A stretch of DNA of 38,477 bases, taken from positions 1 to 38,477 of the IMG/VR virus record IMGVR_UViG_3300014202_001562. The stretch is one strand, 5' to 3'. The notes below the pieces were generated by a model that was not told the origin of the DNA, did not search any database, and saw only the letters and a list, made by a program, of their open reading frames with translations. The translations under genes and the position numbers were made by a program. The DNA is from a virus (Duplodnaviria; Caudoviricetes). Shown here one piece after another: positions 1 through 8,754 of this stretch (its first letter is position 1; each line of letters starts with the position of its first letter).

Positions 1-36
1 CCGCACCGAACCGCTGATGAGCCCAAAGAAGGCAGC

Positions 37-69
37 GGCCGGCACGTGGTATTGTACCACGTGCCGGCC
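37..69. repeat. Perfect 15-bp inverted repeat (hairpin)
   Basis: GGCCGGCACGTGGTA-TTG-TACCACGTGCCGGCC read directly from the sequence. Confidence 0.9.
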
Positions 70-127
70 TCCAGCGGATCCACACAATACCGATTGGAGG
101 AATATTCATGAGACCAAGCATCCACGA

Positions 128-298
128 ATGGCACGCCTTGAGATTGCCCCGGCGCTCACGACCTGGGACGAAATGGCCAACTGCGGGGTAGAGCGCTGGG
201 AGCAGTGGCAGGTGATGGAATTTGATTGGGTGTGTCCGCACTACGGCATGGTCAACTGGCAACCCTGCTGCGCGGATAACCGCCGGGCCAGACCCTGA
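128..298 (+). CDS. Hypothetical protein (start uncertain)
   Basis: 3' part of track ORF 17..298; same orientation as the downstream genes; no recognisable motif. Confidence 0.3.
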   Translation: MARLEIAPALTTWDEMANCGVERWEQWQVMEFDWVCPHYGMVNWQPCCADNRRARP

Positions 299-408
299 GT
301 TGTAATCGCCGGCTAGGGGTGGAACCTCACCCATAGCCGGCTAACCAAACACCGCTGGACGCCTTTACCAGGCCAGCGGGCAGGCTAGTGCTATTGTAGC
401 ACAGCTAT

Positions 409-441
409 GCCCTCCAGCGGACAACCGTGGGGGGCTTTTTT
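409..441 (+). terminator. Intrinsic terminator/attenuator-like hairpin
   Basis: GCCCTCCA-G-CGG-ACAA-CCG-TGGGGGGC followed by TTTTTT. Confidence 0.6.
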
Positions 442-471
442 GATTGGCCCGCCACTTTCCAAGGAGGAGTT

Positions 472-693
472 ATGACAGGCAAAGAACAACGGATAGCGGA
501 CCTGGAGAAACTCGCCGCCGAGGAGGGCATCACCCTGCCGTGGCCGGCTAGCGTGATCGCCGCACTGGAGGAGCAGGGGCACGTGGTAGACCTGGTGACC
601 GGCCTGGTGGTACAGGGCGGCGCCGAGCAGCGGGTCAGCCTGACGGTGGTGGGCGAGGCGGTGGCCGTGGCCAACAAACGATGGGGGGGGTGA
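472..693 (+). CDS. Hypothetical phage protein (73 aa)
   Basis: Strong RBS AAGGAGGAG at 461-469 directly before ATG 472; protein-like composition (MTGKEQRIADLEKLAAEEG...). Confidence 0.75.
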   Translation: MTGKEQRIADLEKLAAEEGITLPWPASVIAALEEQGHVVDLVTGLVVQGGAEQRVSLTVVGEAVAVANKRWGG

Positions 694-695
694 CC

Positions 696-791
696 ATGAC
701 CATCACAATCAATCCACAAGCGCGCTTAGTGTTCATCTGGCGCCCTGGCCAGGAACGCACCGAGCATGTTTTCAGGAGGGCTTTGCCATGA
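696..791 (+). CDS. Small hypothetical protein (31 aa)
   Basis: MTITINPQARLVFIWRPGQERTEHVFRRALP fills the gap after 693 and overlaps the next gene by ATGA. Confidence 0.5.
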   Translation: MTITINPQARLVFIWRPGQERTEHVFRRALP

Positions 792-1432
792 AACATATCA
801 TCATTGTAGCGGCTGTGATGGCGCTTCTGTGGCCGTCGCCAGTGCAAGCCAGTTGCAGCGGCCTATTCGATTGTATGTTTGGTTGGACAGATCGGGCCGA
901 AGTGCGCAGCGCGGCGGCCACAGAGCAGGCGCGCATTCAGGCCCAGCGAGACGCCGACATTGCACGCATTGAAGCGGAGGCGCAGGAAAGAGTACGCCAG
1001 GCAGAGGCAGAGGTTGAACGGGTGCGACAGATGCAATACCAGACCGAGGCACAGCGAGACATTGCCATTGCCCAAGCCGAGCAGCAAGCGCACCAGTATG
1101 CGGCCATGATAGCCGGCTTGACGGATGAGAAGATCGCCGGCATCCAGAGCAATGCAGACACGCAGATTGCGGCCCTACAAGCACAGGCTGAGATAGCGAC
1201 GGCCGGCATACTGGAGACAGGCAAGACCGAACGTTACCGCATTGCTGGGGGCTGGGCTTTCTCTATTGTGGCGATTGTGGCCATTGCCATCCTGCTGGGC
1301 CTGGGCATCCGTCGCCACCAGGCTGGACAGACGGTTGTGCTGATGGCTGACCCTGACCCCATGGCGCGCTTGGCCAGTCGCATGAATGAAATCGAGGTGT
1401 ACCATGCAAAGCATCACATCACCCGGCGCTAA
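788..1432 (+). CDS. Exported/membrane-anchored coiled-coil protein
   Basis: RBS AGGAGG; N-terminal signal-like segment, A/Q/E/R-rich helical middle, C-terminal hydrophobic helix (WAFSIVAIVAIAILLGLGI). Confidence 0.8.
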   Translation: MKHIIIVAAVMALLWPSPVQASCSGLFDCMFGWTDRAEVRSAAATEQARIQAQRDADIARIEAEAQERVRQAEAEVERVRQMQYQTEAQRDIAIAQAEQQAHQYAAMIAGLTDEKIAGIQSNADTQIAALQAQAEIATAGILETGKTERYRIAGGWAFSIVAIVAIAILLGLGIRRHQAGQTVVLMADPDPMARLASRMNEIEVYHAKHHITRR

Positions 1433-1865
1433 GCTGGGCGGCCTATCGCCATTGTCCTGGGGAATGATTATCGCCGGCTTTCTGTTCTTTGCGATTGTCG
1501 TTATCGTGCGACAGGTAACGGCGCCCACGCCGGCTATAGGCCAGGCGACACGAGCGGGGGCAGCGAGCATTGGAGCGCCTATGCAGAATAGTATTAGCGG
1601 AGCGCTGCCGGCATTCAGCTTGCAACCAACAACGGCCACAGAGTCACAGGCGCCGGGGGCTGGCTGGCTGGAAGTGCGCACCACAGAGCAATCGAAAGTT
1701 GTTTTCGCTGATTGGTGGTTTGACTGTCGTTACGTGGCTGTGGGTGGCACTTATTACGCCATCGGGGAAGCCTACACGGTGACCGGCTGGCCAAAGGATG
1801 AGCAGTTCCAAGCGCTGCCGGCCATCACCCGACGCGACATAGGCGAGGTGTGTCATGGGCAATAG
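1404..1865 (+). CDS. Hypothetical membrane protein
   Basis: RBS GAGGTG before ATG 1404; one TM segment (WGMIIAGFLFFAIVVIV). Confidence 0.7.
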   Translation: MQSITSPGAKLGGLSPLSWGMIIAGFLFFAIVVIVRQVTAPTPAIGQATRAGAASIGAPMQNSISGALPAFSLQPTTATESQAPGAGWLEVRTTEQSKVVFADWWFDCRYVAVGGTYYAIGEAYTVTGWPKDEQFQALPAITRRDIGEVCHGQ

Positions 1866-2028
1866 ATTCTCTATCATGCTGGTGGCGTTGGGGGTGGCTT
1901 TCTTTGCTGGCTGGTTATTCGCTAACGAAGTGGCACCCCCACGAATGGAAGATCTAAGTTTTGCCATGTGGATTGTCGCCGGCGCGGTGGCGTTACTGTC
2001 GGCGGCCATGGTAGCAGTAGCGAGGTAA
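1855..2028 (+). CDS. Small two-TM membrane protein (57 aa)
   Basis: Translated by eye: MGNRFSIMLVALGVAFFAGWLFANEVAPPRMEDLSFAMWIVAGAVALLSAAMVAVAR; RBS GAGGTG; fills the gap between neighbours. Confidence 0.7.
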   Translation: MGNRFSIMLVALGVAFFAGWLFANEVAPPRMEDLSFAMWIVAGAVALLSAAMVAVAR

Positions 2029-2030
2029 TC

Positions 2031-2522
2031 ATGGAACGATTCAAGAGCAACACCATTACGATTGAGCAGCAACGGGACGCCGGCCTGACGAGAGCGCAAG
2101 CGCATTATGTGCCGGCGGCGCCAGTGCGCAGGGATGCGCCACCCATGCCGGTTAACAGCCAGGTGGCCCACGTCATTGACGCTGCGCCTACAGCCACACA
2201 GCATATCGAAATGAAGACAAGCGCCGTAGATCGGGCTAAGGGCTTTCTGATTGCTTCTGTACCGCTATACCTGGCTTTTGCAACGGCCGTAGTCGGTGTG
2301 GTGGTTATCGGGTGGCGCGTGCCGGTCTTCAGCCTGGCCACCTTCATTATCTTCTGGCTGGCATTCGTGGCGGCCTGGGTGGTGGGCTATGCCTACACGC
2401 TCCATGTGAGCGCTGAAGGGGTAGCCATGTGGGAAGCCAAGTCAAAATGGCGGATTCTGGAACGTGAGCAAGAATACCGGTGGCGGCATTATGAGCGGCA
2501 ACTAGAGAGGGATGGTGAATAA
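2031..2522 (+). CDS. Hypothetical two-TM membrane protein
   Basis: RBS GAGGT before ATG 2031; two hydrophobic helices; stop overlaps the next start (TAATG). Confidence 0.75.
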   Translation: MERFKSNTITIEQQRDAGLTRAQAHYVPAAPVRRDAPPMPVNSQVAHVIDAAPTATQHIEMKTSAVDRAKGFLIASVPLYLAFATAVVGVVVIGWRVPVFSLATFIIFWLAFVAAWVVGYAYTLHVSAEGVAMWEAKSKWRILEREQEYRWRHYERQLERDGE

Positions 2523-3049
2523 TGGAACTGGATGTATTGATTGGCAGAACACAGGAGATCCGCGAGTCGCTACCACTGCCCAACGTCAAGCAGCGGATGG
2601 CGACCGCTGCGCAAGAGTTGAGTAGGGCCGGCAACAATCAGGCACGGGTGGAACTGTTGAACGAGGCGGTATTGGCGGCCATCAAACTCTGTTACGAGTT
2701 GGATCCGGACGGGGCGCCGGCCAACCTTGACCGGAAGACCTACCGCATTCTGCCCCCAATGCCCTGGGGCCGCAGCGGCTGGAAACGCTGGGGGTTGCGC
2801 TACTGGGAGGCCGAGATTTTGCGCAGCGTGTTGCGGGTCCGCACGGAAATGCGACGCACGCCACCCCTGTTTGATTGGAACGAATACAGCATGAAATGGC
2901 ACGTAAACCTGACCGATTACCCACGGCTGGATCTGGCGCTGATGCATTGGAAACAGAACCAAATCACGCTGAAGGATTGGCGCCTGTTCGCTGATGCCTA
3001 CCGCCAGCGCGCGCAGGAACGTATGCAGCGACACCGGAATAGCGAGTAG
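2522..3049 (+). CDS. Hypothetical protein (175 aa)
   Basis: Translationally coupled to the upstream gene; no motif recognised. Confidence 0.75.
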   Translation: MELDVLIGRTQEIRESLPLPNVKQRMATAAQELSRAGNNQARVELLNEAVLAAIKLCYELDPDGAPANLDRKTYRILPPMPWGRSGWKRWGLRYWEAEILRSVLRVRTEMRRTPPLFDWNEYSMKWHVNLTDYPRLDLALMHWKQNQITLKDWRLFADAYRQRAQERMQRHRNSE

Positions 3050-3050
3050 C

Positions 3051-3110
3051 GTTACGCCAGTGTTTCAACCGTAGAACAACACACGATACACGGCTAAACA
3101 CTGGCGTAAC
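3051..3110. repeat. 15-bp perfect inverted repeat with 30-nt spacer
   Basis: GTTACGCCAGTGTTT (3051-3065) / AAACACTGGCGTAAC (3096-3110). Confidence 0.9.
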
Positions 3111-3208
3111 CCACTCGCGAACTTTATCATTCTACGGTGCGAACCAGAGGTAGCGCGCAAGAAAAGGCGCGGCTACCGGCCTGGCGGATACTTCCAGGCA
3201 CACGATCC

Positions 3209-3274
3209 GACAGAGCGGAAATGAAAAAGGGGACTGGTCACATGACCAGTCCCCTTTTTCATTTCCGCTCTGTC
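3209..3274. terminator. Bidirectional terminator within a 66-bp perfect palindrome
   Basis: 32-bp arms GACAGAGCGGAAATGAAAAAGGGGACTGGTCA-CA-(reverse complement); A5/T5 tracts flank a GC-rich core; lies between convergent operons. Confidence 0.8.
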
Positions 3275-3282
3275 ATGGGTTG

Positions 3283-5067
3283 CTAGCTCGTGGGCGCCGT
3301 CCAGCCGACGGTCAATGTCCGCAGTACAATGTCGTCGTCGCTGGTGGCCTCGCCTGTCACCACCAGGTCAAGCGCTGTACTTAGATCCTCGCTATGATTC
3401 GTTAGCTGCAAGTCGGTGTTGCTGTTGGTCAACACGCTGACATGCGTGCGTTGCGCCACGCTGCCTACGCAGACCACCCGCCCCGTGAGCAGCCACACAC
3501 CGTTATTGTTGGTTGTGACGTACTCTAGAATTTCTGTAGCCCCAAACGTAACGCGGATCGTTTTGGTGTTACCGTTGGCCGCAAACGTTCCCGCCGCTTC
3601 AAACCAGAGTGTGGCAAAGCTGGCCAGTTGGTCAGCCGGTACGGTGTAGGTCGCCACGGTGTCTTCGCCGGCGCCCACATTGCCGGCGCCCACGTTTTCC
3701 ATGTAGAGTTGCCCACCCACCACCGCAGCGGCTTGCGCAGGTGTCAGATCCTGCGGCGCGCCCGTGCCGGCCCCCACTGCCCGCCCTTTGATGGTGCGCG
3801 CGCTCATACTCGCCAACTTCGCATTGGTCACGCTGCCGTCGTCGATGGCGCCGGCGGGGACGGCGCCGAACTCCAGCGCGCCGCTGTTCTCACGCAATAC
3901 GTACCCTGTCCCGCTGGTGGTGCTGATGTCGGTCGGATGCGCTGTGGCGTTAGTCGGGTTGCCGAGCACAGATAGGGCCGCGCTGTTGCGCAGTTCGTTA
4001 TCGCCGACCGCTCCTTCGTTGATCTCCACCAAACCGCTGCCGGCGTTGGCGGTCACGTCGCCGCTAAGCGCCCCGCGCAGCAGCAACCCCGGCGTTGTGG
4101 TATAGTCCAGCCCGCCGCCGATGGCCACCGTTTGCACCGCGCCCGTGCCCGCACTGTAGCGGCCTAGCAGGTTGCCAAAGCCAATTTGTTGCAGCTTGGC
4201 CAGCGTGACCGCATTGTCAGCGATGCCGTGCACATGGTCACGCCTGGCGGCAAAGCCCGACGTGCCATCGGCGGACGCCGACGTAACCACGTCGGCGGGG
4301 TCGCCCTCGCCATCATTGAACATATTCGCGAGGCCGCCGACCCACGCTTTGGCATCGTAATACCGCGTGTAGTCGCTCATGTCGGTGTCGGCTTCGCTGG
4401 CCTTGATGGCCACCAGCGGAATGTAGCCGGCGAACGAAATGTCGCCCAGATCGGCCAGTTGTAGCGCGGCTTCACTCGCCACCTCTACCCCGGCCACGGC
4501 CACCAGGTTGCCGGTTGCCGGGTTGAGGCCGATTAAGATCCAGCCCCATTTGGTAGATGTACTTGGCAGGTAGGCTTCCACGTTGATGCTACCGCCGGCC
4601 CAATACGCCCAGGCGCCACCGTAGAAATAGCGGAACGGATTGACGTAGACCTGATAGCCGACATTGTGAAAGGCGCGCCCCGGCTCGAATTGCTTGGCCT
4701 CATACTCGTAAGCCAATCCGCTGTCGCTTCGGTGCGTGTGGTAGCCGACGCCATAGCTATTGGTCGTGTCGCCGGCGGTGGCCGCTTCGTAATAGGCCGG
4801 ATCTACCTGGTGGATCACATAGGTGCCCTGCTCCAGGCGCATCCGCACCGGCGTGGACGCCCGTTCGGCCACGGCGCCAAAGTTGCGCGCCAGGGCAATC
4901 GACTGCACCCCCTCCCGGCTCACACGCACATAGACCCATCCTGGCCGGTTGGTAACGGCCACCGTGTAGCAGCCGGCGCCGTCCGGTTTGCCCAGCAGGC
5001 CCAACACCCAGGAGCGTTGCTCACTCGCCGCCCAGACTCGATCCATCAGCCGCTTAATGTTTGCCAT
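3283..5067 (-). CDS. Tail fibre / receptor-binding-like protein
   Basis: Last gene of the tail module; G/A/T-rich; repeated fibre-like segments IADNAVTLAKL, INEGAVGDNEL, IDDGSVTNAKL. Confidence 0.7.
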   Translation of the reverse strand: MANIKRLMDRVWAASEQRSWVLGLLGKPDGAGCYTVAVTNRPGWVYVRVSREGVQSIALARNFGAVAERASTPVRMRLEQGTYVIHQVDPAYYEAATAGDTTNSYGVGYHTHRSDSGLAYEYEAKQFEPGRAFHNVGYQVYVNPFRYFYGGAWAYWAGGSINVEAYLPSTSTKWGWILIGLNPATGNLVAVAGVEVASEAALQLADLGDISFAGYIPLVAIKASEADTDMSDYTRYYDAKAWVGGLANMFNDGEGDPADVVTSASADGTSGFAARRDHVHGIADNAVTLAKLQQIGFGNLLGRYSAGTGAVQTVAIGGGLDYTTTPGLLLRGALSGDVTANAGSGLVEINEGAVGDNELRNSAALSVLGNPTNATAHPTDISTTSGTGYVLRENSGALEFGAVPAGAIDDGSVTNAKLASMSARTIKGRAVGAGTGAPQDLTPAQAAAVVGGQLYMENVGAGNVGAGEDTVATYTVPADQLASFATLWFEAAGTFAANGNTKTIRVTFGATEILEYVTTNNNGVWLLTGRVVCVGSVAQRTHVSVLTNSNTDLQLTNHSEDLSTALDLVVTGEATSDDDIVLRTLTVGWTAPTS

Positions 5068-8000
5068 CAGCTACCACTCCCGAAAATCGCCATAAATTCG
5101 CCGGAATCGCCAACCTCGCCCGATGGCGATTTGTCCAAAATGGTGTCGCCATCATCCTCGGTATAGATGAGGTAGCCGCCGCCGCCCCAGCCATACCATA
5201 TCGTCTCGTCGTCGGCGCTAAACGCTACCTGCAACACGCAGTTATCGGTCGTGGTTGTGGCCTGGTCGCTGGTTTTGCGCGTCCAGGTGTCGCCGGCGTC
5301 CGACGAACGCCACACCGCCGCCACCGCCGCACTACCGGCCTTGACGATGTATTCATTGTCGGTGTTGTCATGGACGCCGGCTAAGATGAGCTCCTGACGG
5401 TCAGTGTCCAACGCCCGAATGGAAAATAGCCCGCGCGCTGGGCCATACTTTTTGCCGCTGTCGTCTGGGCTAATGTCGGAGGCACTGCCGGCCACGCTAC
5501 GCCACAGCCAGTAATTGAAAATGCTACTGGTGCGGTCAAACTTGCCAAAGTACACAATGTCCTCAGCCGCATTCGATTCCCAGGGGATGTGCATAGCCAG
5601 CCCGATGCTATCCCCGGTATCGCCGCCTATCTCACTGGCCAATGACCACGTTGCGCCCCAATCGGTGGTCTTATACAGGTCGCCATCGGGCGCGCTGCCG
5701 CTGCTTGTCCAGGCGCCGACATAGGCAAGGCCGGGTGTGCGCGGACTCATATAGATAGCCGGCCGGCTAATCTCCTGTGTCACCGCGGTGCGCGTGAACC
5801 CGCTTACGTCAATCTCGCTACTCCACGTGGCCCCGGCGTCGCGGCTGTAGACCACGTAGGTGCGTAGCGGGTCGCTGCCCGTGGCGGCGCTGTAGGCCAC
5901 CATAATCCACGGGTTGTCGGCCTCGTCGGCTTCATAGTGACCAAATGAGCAGGCGATCTGCGTCCATTCCTGGATACCGGACGCCGCGGTCGTAAAGGTG
6001 TGCAACGCTGTGTAACTGGGCGTACCAAAGAGATCGTTGACGCGGTAAACCCGTGTCCCGCTGGCTGCATAGCCGCGGATCTCTGACCCTAGCCCACGAT
6101 AGCCGGGACTGAAGGGGTCTACCACGAACGTGCGTAGGGGAGATCCAGAAAAGCCGGCTGCTGCTGCTGCCGCCGTGTTGCGGCTCCAGGTCGGCGGTGT
6201 GTTCTGGGTAAAATCGCTACATGTCCAGATGTAGCCGTTGCGCCCGATGACGCCGATTACATCCTGGTTGGCCGTCAGCCCAAAGTTGAAGGCCGATTCA
6301 GTGCCGGGAACGTTGTAGCTGCCGGTATCCACCGGCGCCGCCGCTTCGACCTCTACGGTCGTGGCCGCTACCCCGCTTGTCTCCCGTTCCCATTGCAGCG
6401 CTACCGTGCGGATCAGCCCGGTGTCGCGATAGTCGTAGCGAATCTCGATCTCTTCCACCAAGCCGCGCGCATTGGTGAAGGTGAGGCCGCGCTGGGCGGC
6501 CACGGCTGTCTCAATCGTCATCTGCACCCAGGTCAAATCGGACGGCTCGATCCCCTGTCGGCTGCCTTCCGCCAGTGTCAGCCGGAAGCGCGACTGGGGC
6601 GCATTGAGCCGGGCATACTTGTGGCCGGCGTAGGCGTTGAGGTCGCTCTGGCTAATGGCCAGATTCTCACCATCATCGTTGGCCTGCTCCCCTTGGCCCG
6701 GCGTCGTGCCGGGCGCGATGCAAAAGGCCGTGGCCACGGCGCTGGTGCTGGCCAGGATGGCATTGGAGCGCAGCCAATGCACCCGGGGCCGGCGCTGACC
6801 GGTGTAGCTCAACCCCTGGTAGTCGCCACTGTCCAGGCTGACTTGTACCGTGCTTGTGCGGTCGCCGGTATCTTGCAACTGCGGGTCCACGATCACCCGC
6901 AGTTGACCGCGGGTGTTGCAGGTCAGGCGATAATCGGGGACCATGCTCTGCGCTTTGCGCGCCACCTGGTCCCACAGGCTGGCGCCTTCGGTGCCCAGCA
7001 CCTTAAACACGTAGTCGGAACCGGTGCCCGACCAGGTCCAATCTGCCAGGTCTAGCGCGGTGCTCTGCCACTGGAGCAAGAAGTGCAGGAAGCGGTCCAT
7101 ATTTGGCGTCGCCATCTCTTGCCAGGTGCTGGGACTGGCGGCATGTTCGATAACCTGCGGGAAGCCCGGCAGATCCTTCATGCGACCGGCGACATCGACG
7201 CAGCGCAGCGTCACATCCCGCAGCGTGCCGGTTTCGGTGGCGTCGATGGAGGCCGGCTCCAGATCGGCCCAGCCGAGAAAGAGGATGTTGGAGCGGTCCG
7301 TAGGCCCGCTCGGCTCGCCGTCGGCAATCATCACCAGCGTCCCCTCTAGGTAGCTGCTGGCGGGGATAGCTTCCCGGATGCGCACCGTCAGTTCCTGTCC
7401 TTCGACAGTGATGCGGTGGCTCTCGATCTCAAATGCTTCGATACACGGGTCGTCAGCCGGGTCACGCGCAACAATGGGGATGTGGGTCTGGTGAGTGCTG
7501 GCGTTAGAATCGTCTACGGATAGCGTGACGTAGCGAAAGCCGGCGGGGAAGGTCGCTGTGATTGTTTCGTCAGTACTGGTGCCGACCGTGATGGTCCCGT
7601 CTTTGACATCCCAGCTTAGACTTGGGATTGTCGCCCCCGGCGCCGTCGCGAAACTATCTGCCGCCGAAAGTGTTACCGTAATTACTTCACTGATGGAATC
7701 AATCGTGCCAAAGAACCCCGGCCCGCCGTTGGCCACGGGTGGACTGTCGCCGTAAGTGGCGAAGTCCAAGTCGGCATCCACAAAGGTTTCCCCATCGTCG
7801 CTGATCTGCGGAATCTTGGCCCAGACCTCAAACAAGTCGAGCACGCTGAGATGCGCGTTGTCAGTGAGGGTGACTTCACCCGGGTGTGTCCCCTGGCTGC
7901 TCAAGCCAATATACAGCGTGTCGCTATCCGGGAACTTCCGCACCCGGGTGCGCCCCAGGTCGCTGGCGCCCGCCGTGCTGCCAATGAGCACCGTTTGGTT

Positions 8001-8138
8001 GAGATAGACCACGCTGTAACTACCGGTCGTCACGCCATCGTAAGCAAACTCAGCAACCGGGTATGTAACCCCTGACGGCTCATTGATTCGCCCAGCGAAG
8101 ACAACCGTCGGTTGTAACAAAAACAGCCGTATGGTCAT
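5067..8138 (-). CDS. Large tail tip protein with PKD/Ig-like segment and C-terminal Asp-box (BNR) beta-propeller
   Basis: Position downstream of the tape measure gene; PPVANGG...VTLSAADS...SWDV...VTLSVDD; Asp-box motifs SRDAGATW, TTDWGATW, SSDAGDTW, TEDDGDT. Confidence 0.7.
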   Translation of the reverse strand: MTIRLFLLQPTVVFAGRINEPSGVTYPVAEFAYDGVTTGSYSVVYLNQTVLIGSTAGASDLGRTRVRKFPDSDTLYIGLSSQGTHPGEVTLTDNAHLSVLDLFEVWAKIPQISDDGETFVDADLDFATYGDSPPVANGGPGFFGTIDSISEVITVTLSAADSFATAPGATIPSLSWDVKDGTITVGTSTDETITATFPAGFRYVTLSVDDSNASTHQTHIPIVARDPADDPCIEAFEIESHRITVEGQELTVRIREAIPASSYLEGTLVMIADGEPSGPTDRSNILFLGWADLEPASIDATETGTLRDVTLRCVDVAGRMKDLPGFPQVIEHAASPSTWQEMATPNMDRFLHFLLQWQSTALDLADWTWSGTGSDYVFKVLGTEGASLWDQVARKAQSMVPDYRLTCNTRGQLRVIVDPQLQDTGDRTSTVQVSLDSGDYQGLSYTGQRRPRVHWLRSNAILASTSAVATAFCIAPGTTPGQGEQANDDGENLAISQSDLNAYAGHKYARLNAPQSRFRLTLAEGSRQGIEPSDLTWVQMTIETAVAAQRGLTFTNARGLVEEIEIRYDYRDTGLIRTVALQWERETSGVAATTVEVEAAAPVDTGSYNVPGTESAFNFGLTANQDVIGVIGRNGYIWTCSDFTQNTPPTWSRNTAAAAAAGFSGSPLRTFVVDPFSPGYRGLGSEIRGYAASGTRVYRVNDLFGTPSYTALHTFTTAASGIQEWTQIACSFGHYEADEADNPWIMVAYSAATGSDPLRTYVVYSRDAGATWSSEIDVSGFTRTAVTQEISRPAIYMSPRTPGLAYVGAWTSSGSAPDGDLYKTTDWGATWSLASEIGGDTGDSIGLAMHIPWESNAAEDIVYFGKFDRTSSIFNYWLWRSVAGSASDISPDDSGKKYGPARGLFSIRALDTDRQELILAGVHDNTDNEYIVKAGSAAVAAVWRSSDAGDTWTRKTSDQATTTTDNCVLQVAFSADDETIWYGWGGGGYLIYTEDDGDTILDKSPSGEVGDSGEFMAIFGSGS

Positions 8139-8512
8139 AGGGCCACCAGGTCTCTGACCAAGATTGTCACATCCCGTAGGAAGTACTGCCGGCGCCCGCC
8201 GTCTCTGCCCAGCACCGGGCGGATGGCTCGCCCGTTGTAGCGCTGCGGCCCATACTGTTCATCTTCAGCATAGAGCGTCACCAGCGCCGTTTCGGCATCG
8301 GCCAGGCCAAACTGGTCGAGCACGCTGGTGTAGTCGTCAGTCGGCAACACGGAGTAGCGCAGCCGCACAAATGGCCCTTCGCGGTGCGTCACCCCGTCGG
8401 CGCCATAGCTGACACGGGTGTACTCCAGCCCAATGCTGGCCGGCTGCGGATCGCACACCTCCAGGTCAATCAGCGCCTGATCATGGCCGGTCTTGACACG
8501 ATAGTCGGACAT
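8135..8512 (-). CDS. Putative distal/minor tail protein
   Basis: ATG at 8512 overlaps the upstream stop; size and position after the tape measure gene. Confidence 0.6.
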   Translation of the reverse strand: MSDYRVKTGHDQALIDLEVCDPQPASIGLEYTRVSYGADGVTHREGPFVRLRYSVLPTDDYTSVLDQFGLADAETALVTLYAEDEQYGPQRYNGRAIRPVLGRDGGRRQYFLRDVTILVRDLVAL

Positions 8513-8754
8513 TACTCTGCCGCCTCCCACTCGGACGCGTGAAACACATAGCAGCCACCGCCGTCAGCGAACGCCACTTTGCAAGCCCATTCGTTAGGGA
8601 CGGCAAGGTACTCAACCCCCTCGTAGCGCCCCATCTTGCCTGCGTGCGGATGAGGCAAAACCATACGCACCTGCTCCCCCGGTGCGATGGCTTGACGCCG
8701 GCGATCAGGTACGCGCACCTTGTTAATGACGCCTGATTTTAGTGTGTCGCTCAC
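8512..8754 (-). CDS. Hypothetical protein (80 aa)
   Basis: GTG start overlaps the tape measure stop (GTGA); its own stop overlaps the next ATG. Confidence 0.6.
   Translation of the reverse strand: MSDTLKSGVINKVRVPDRRRQAIAPGEQVRMVLPHPHAGKMGRYEGVEYLAVPNEWACKVAFADGGGCYVFHASEWEAAE

Noticed and set aside
11-77. Hammerhead-like layout (CTGATGA, stem, long stem, TC)
   Set aside because: The required GAAA after stem II is replaced by AGC and stem I does not pair in register.
3283-8138. Diversity-generating retroelement target in the tail genes
   Set aside because: No reverse transcriptase and no template/variable repeat pair noticed in the window.
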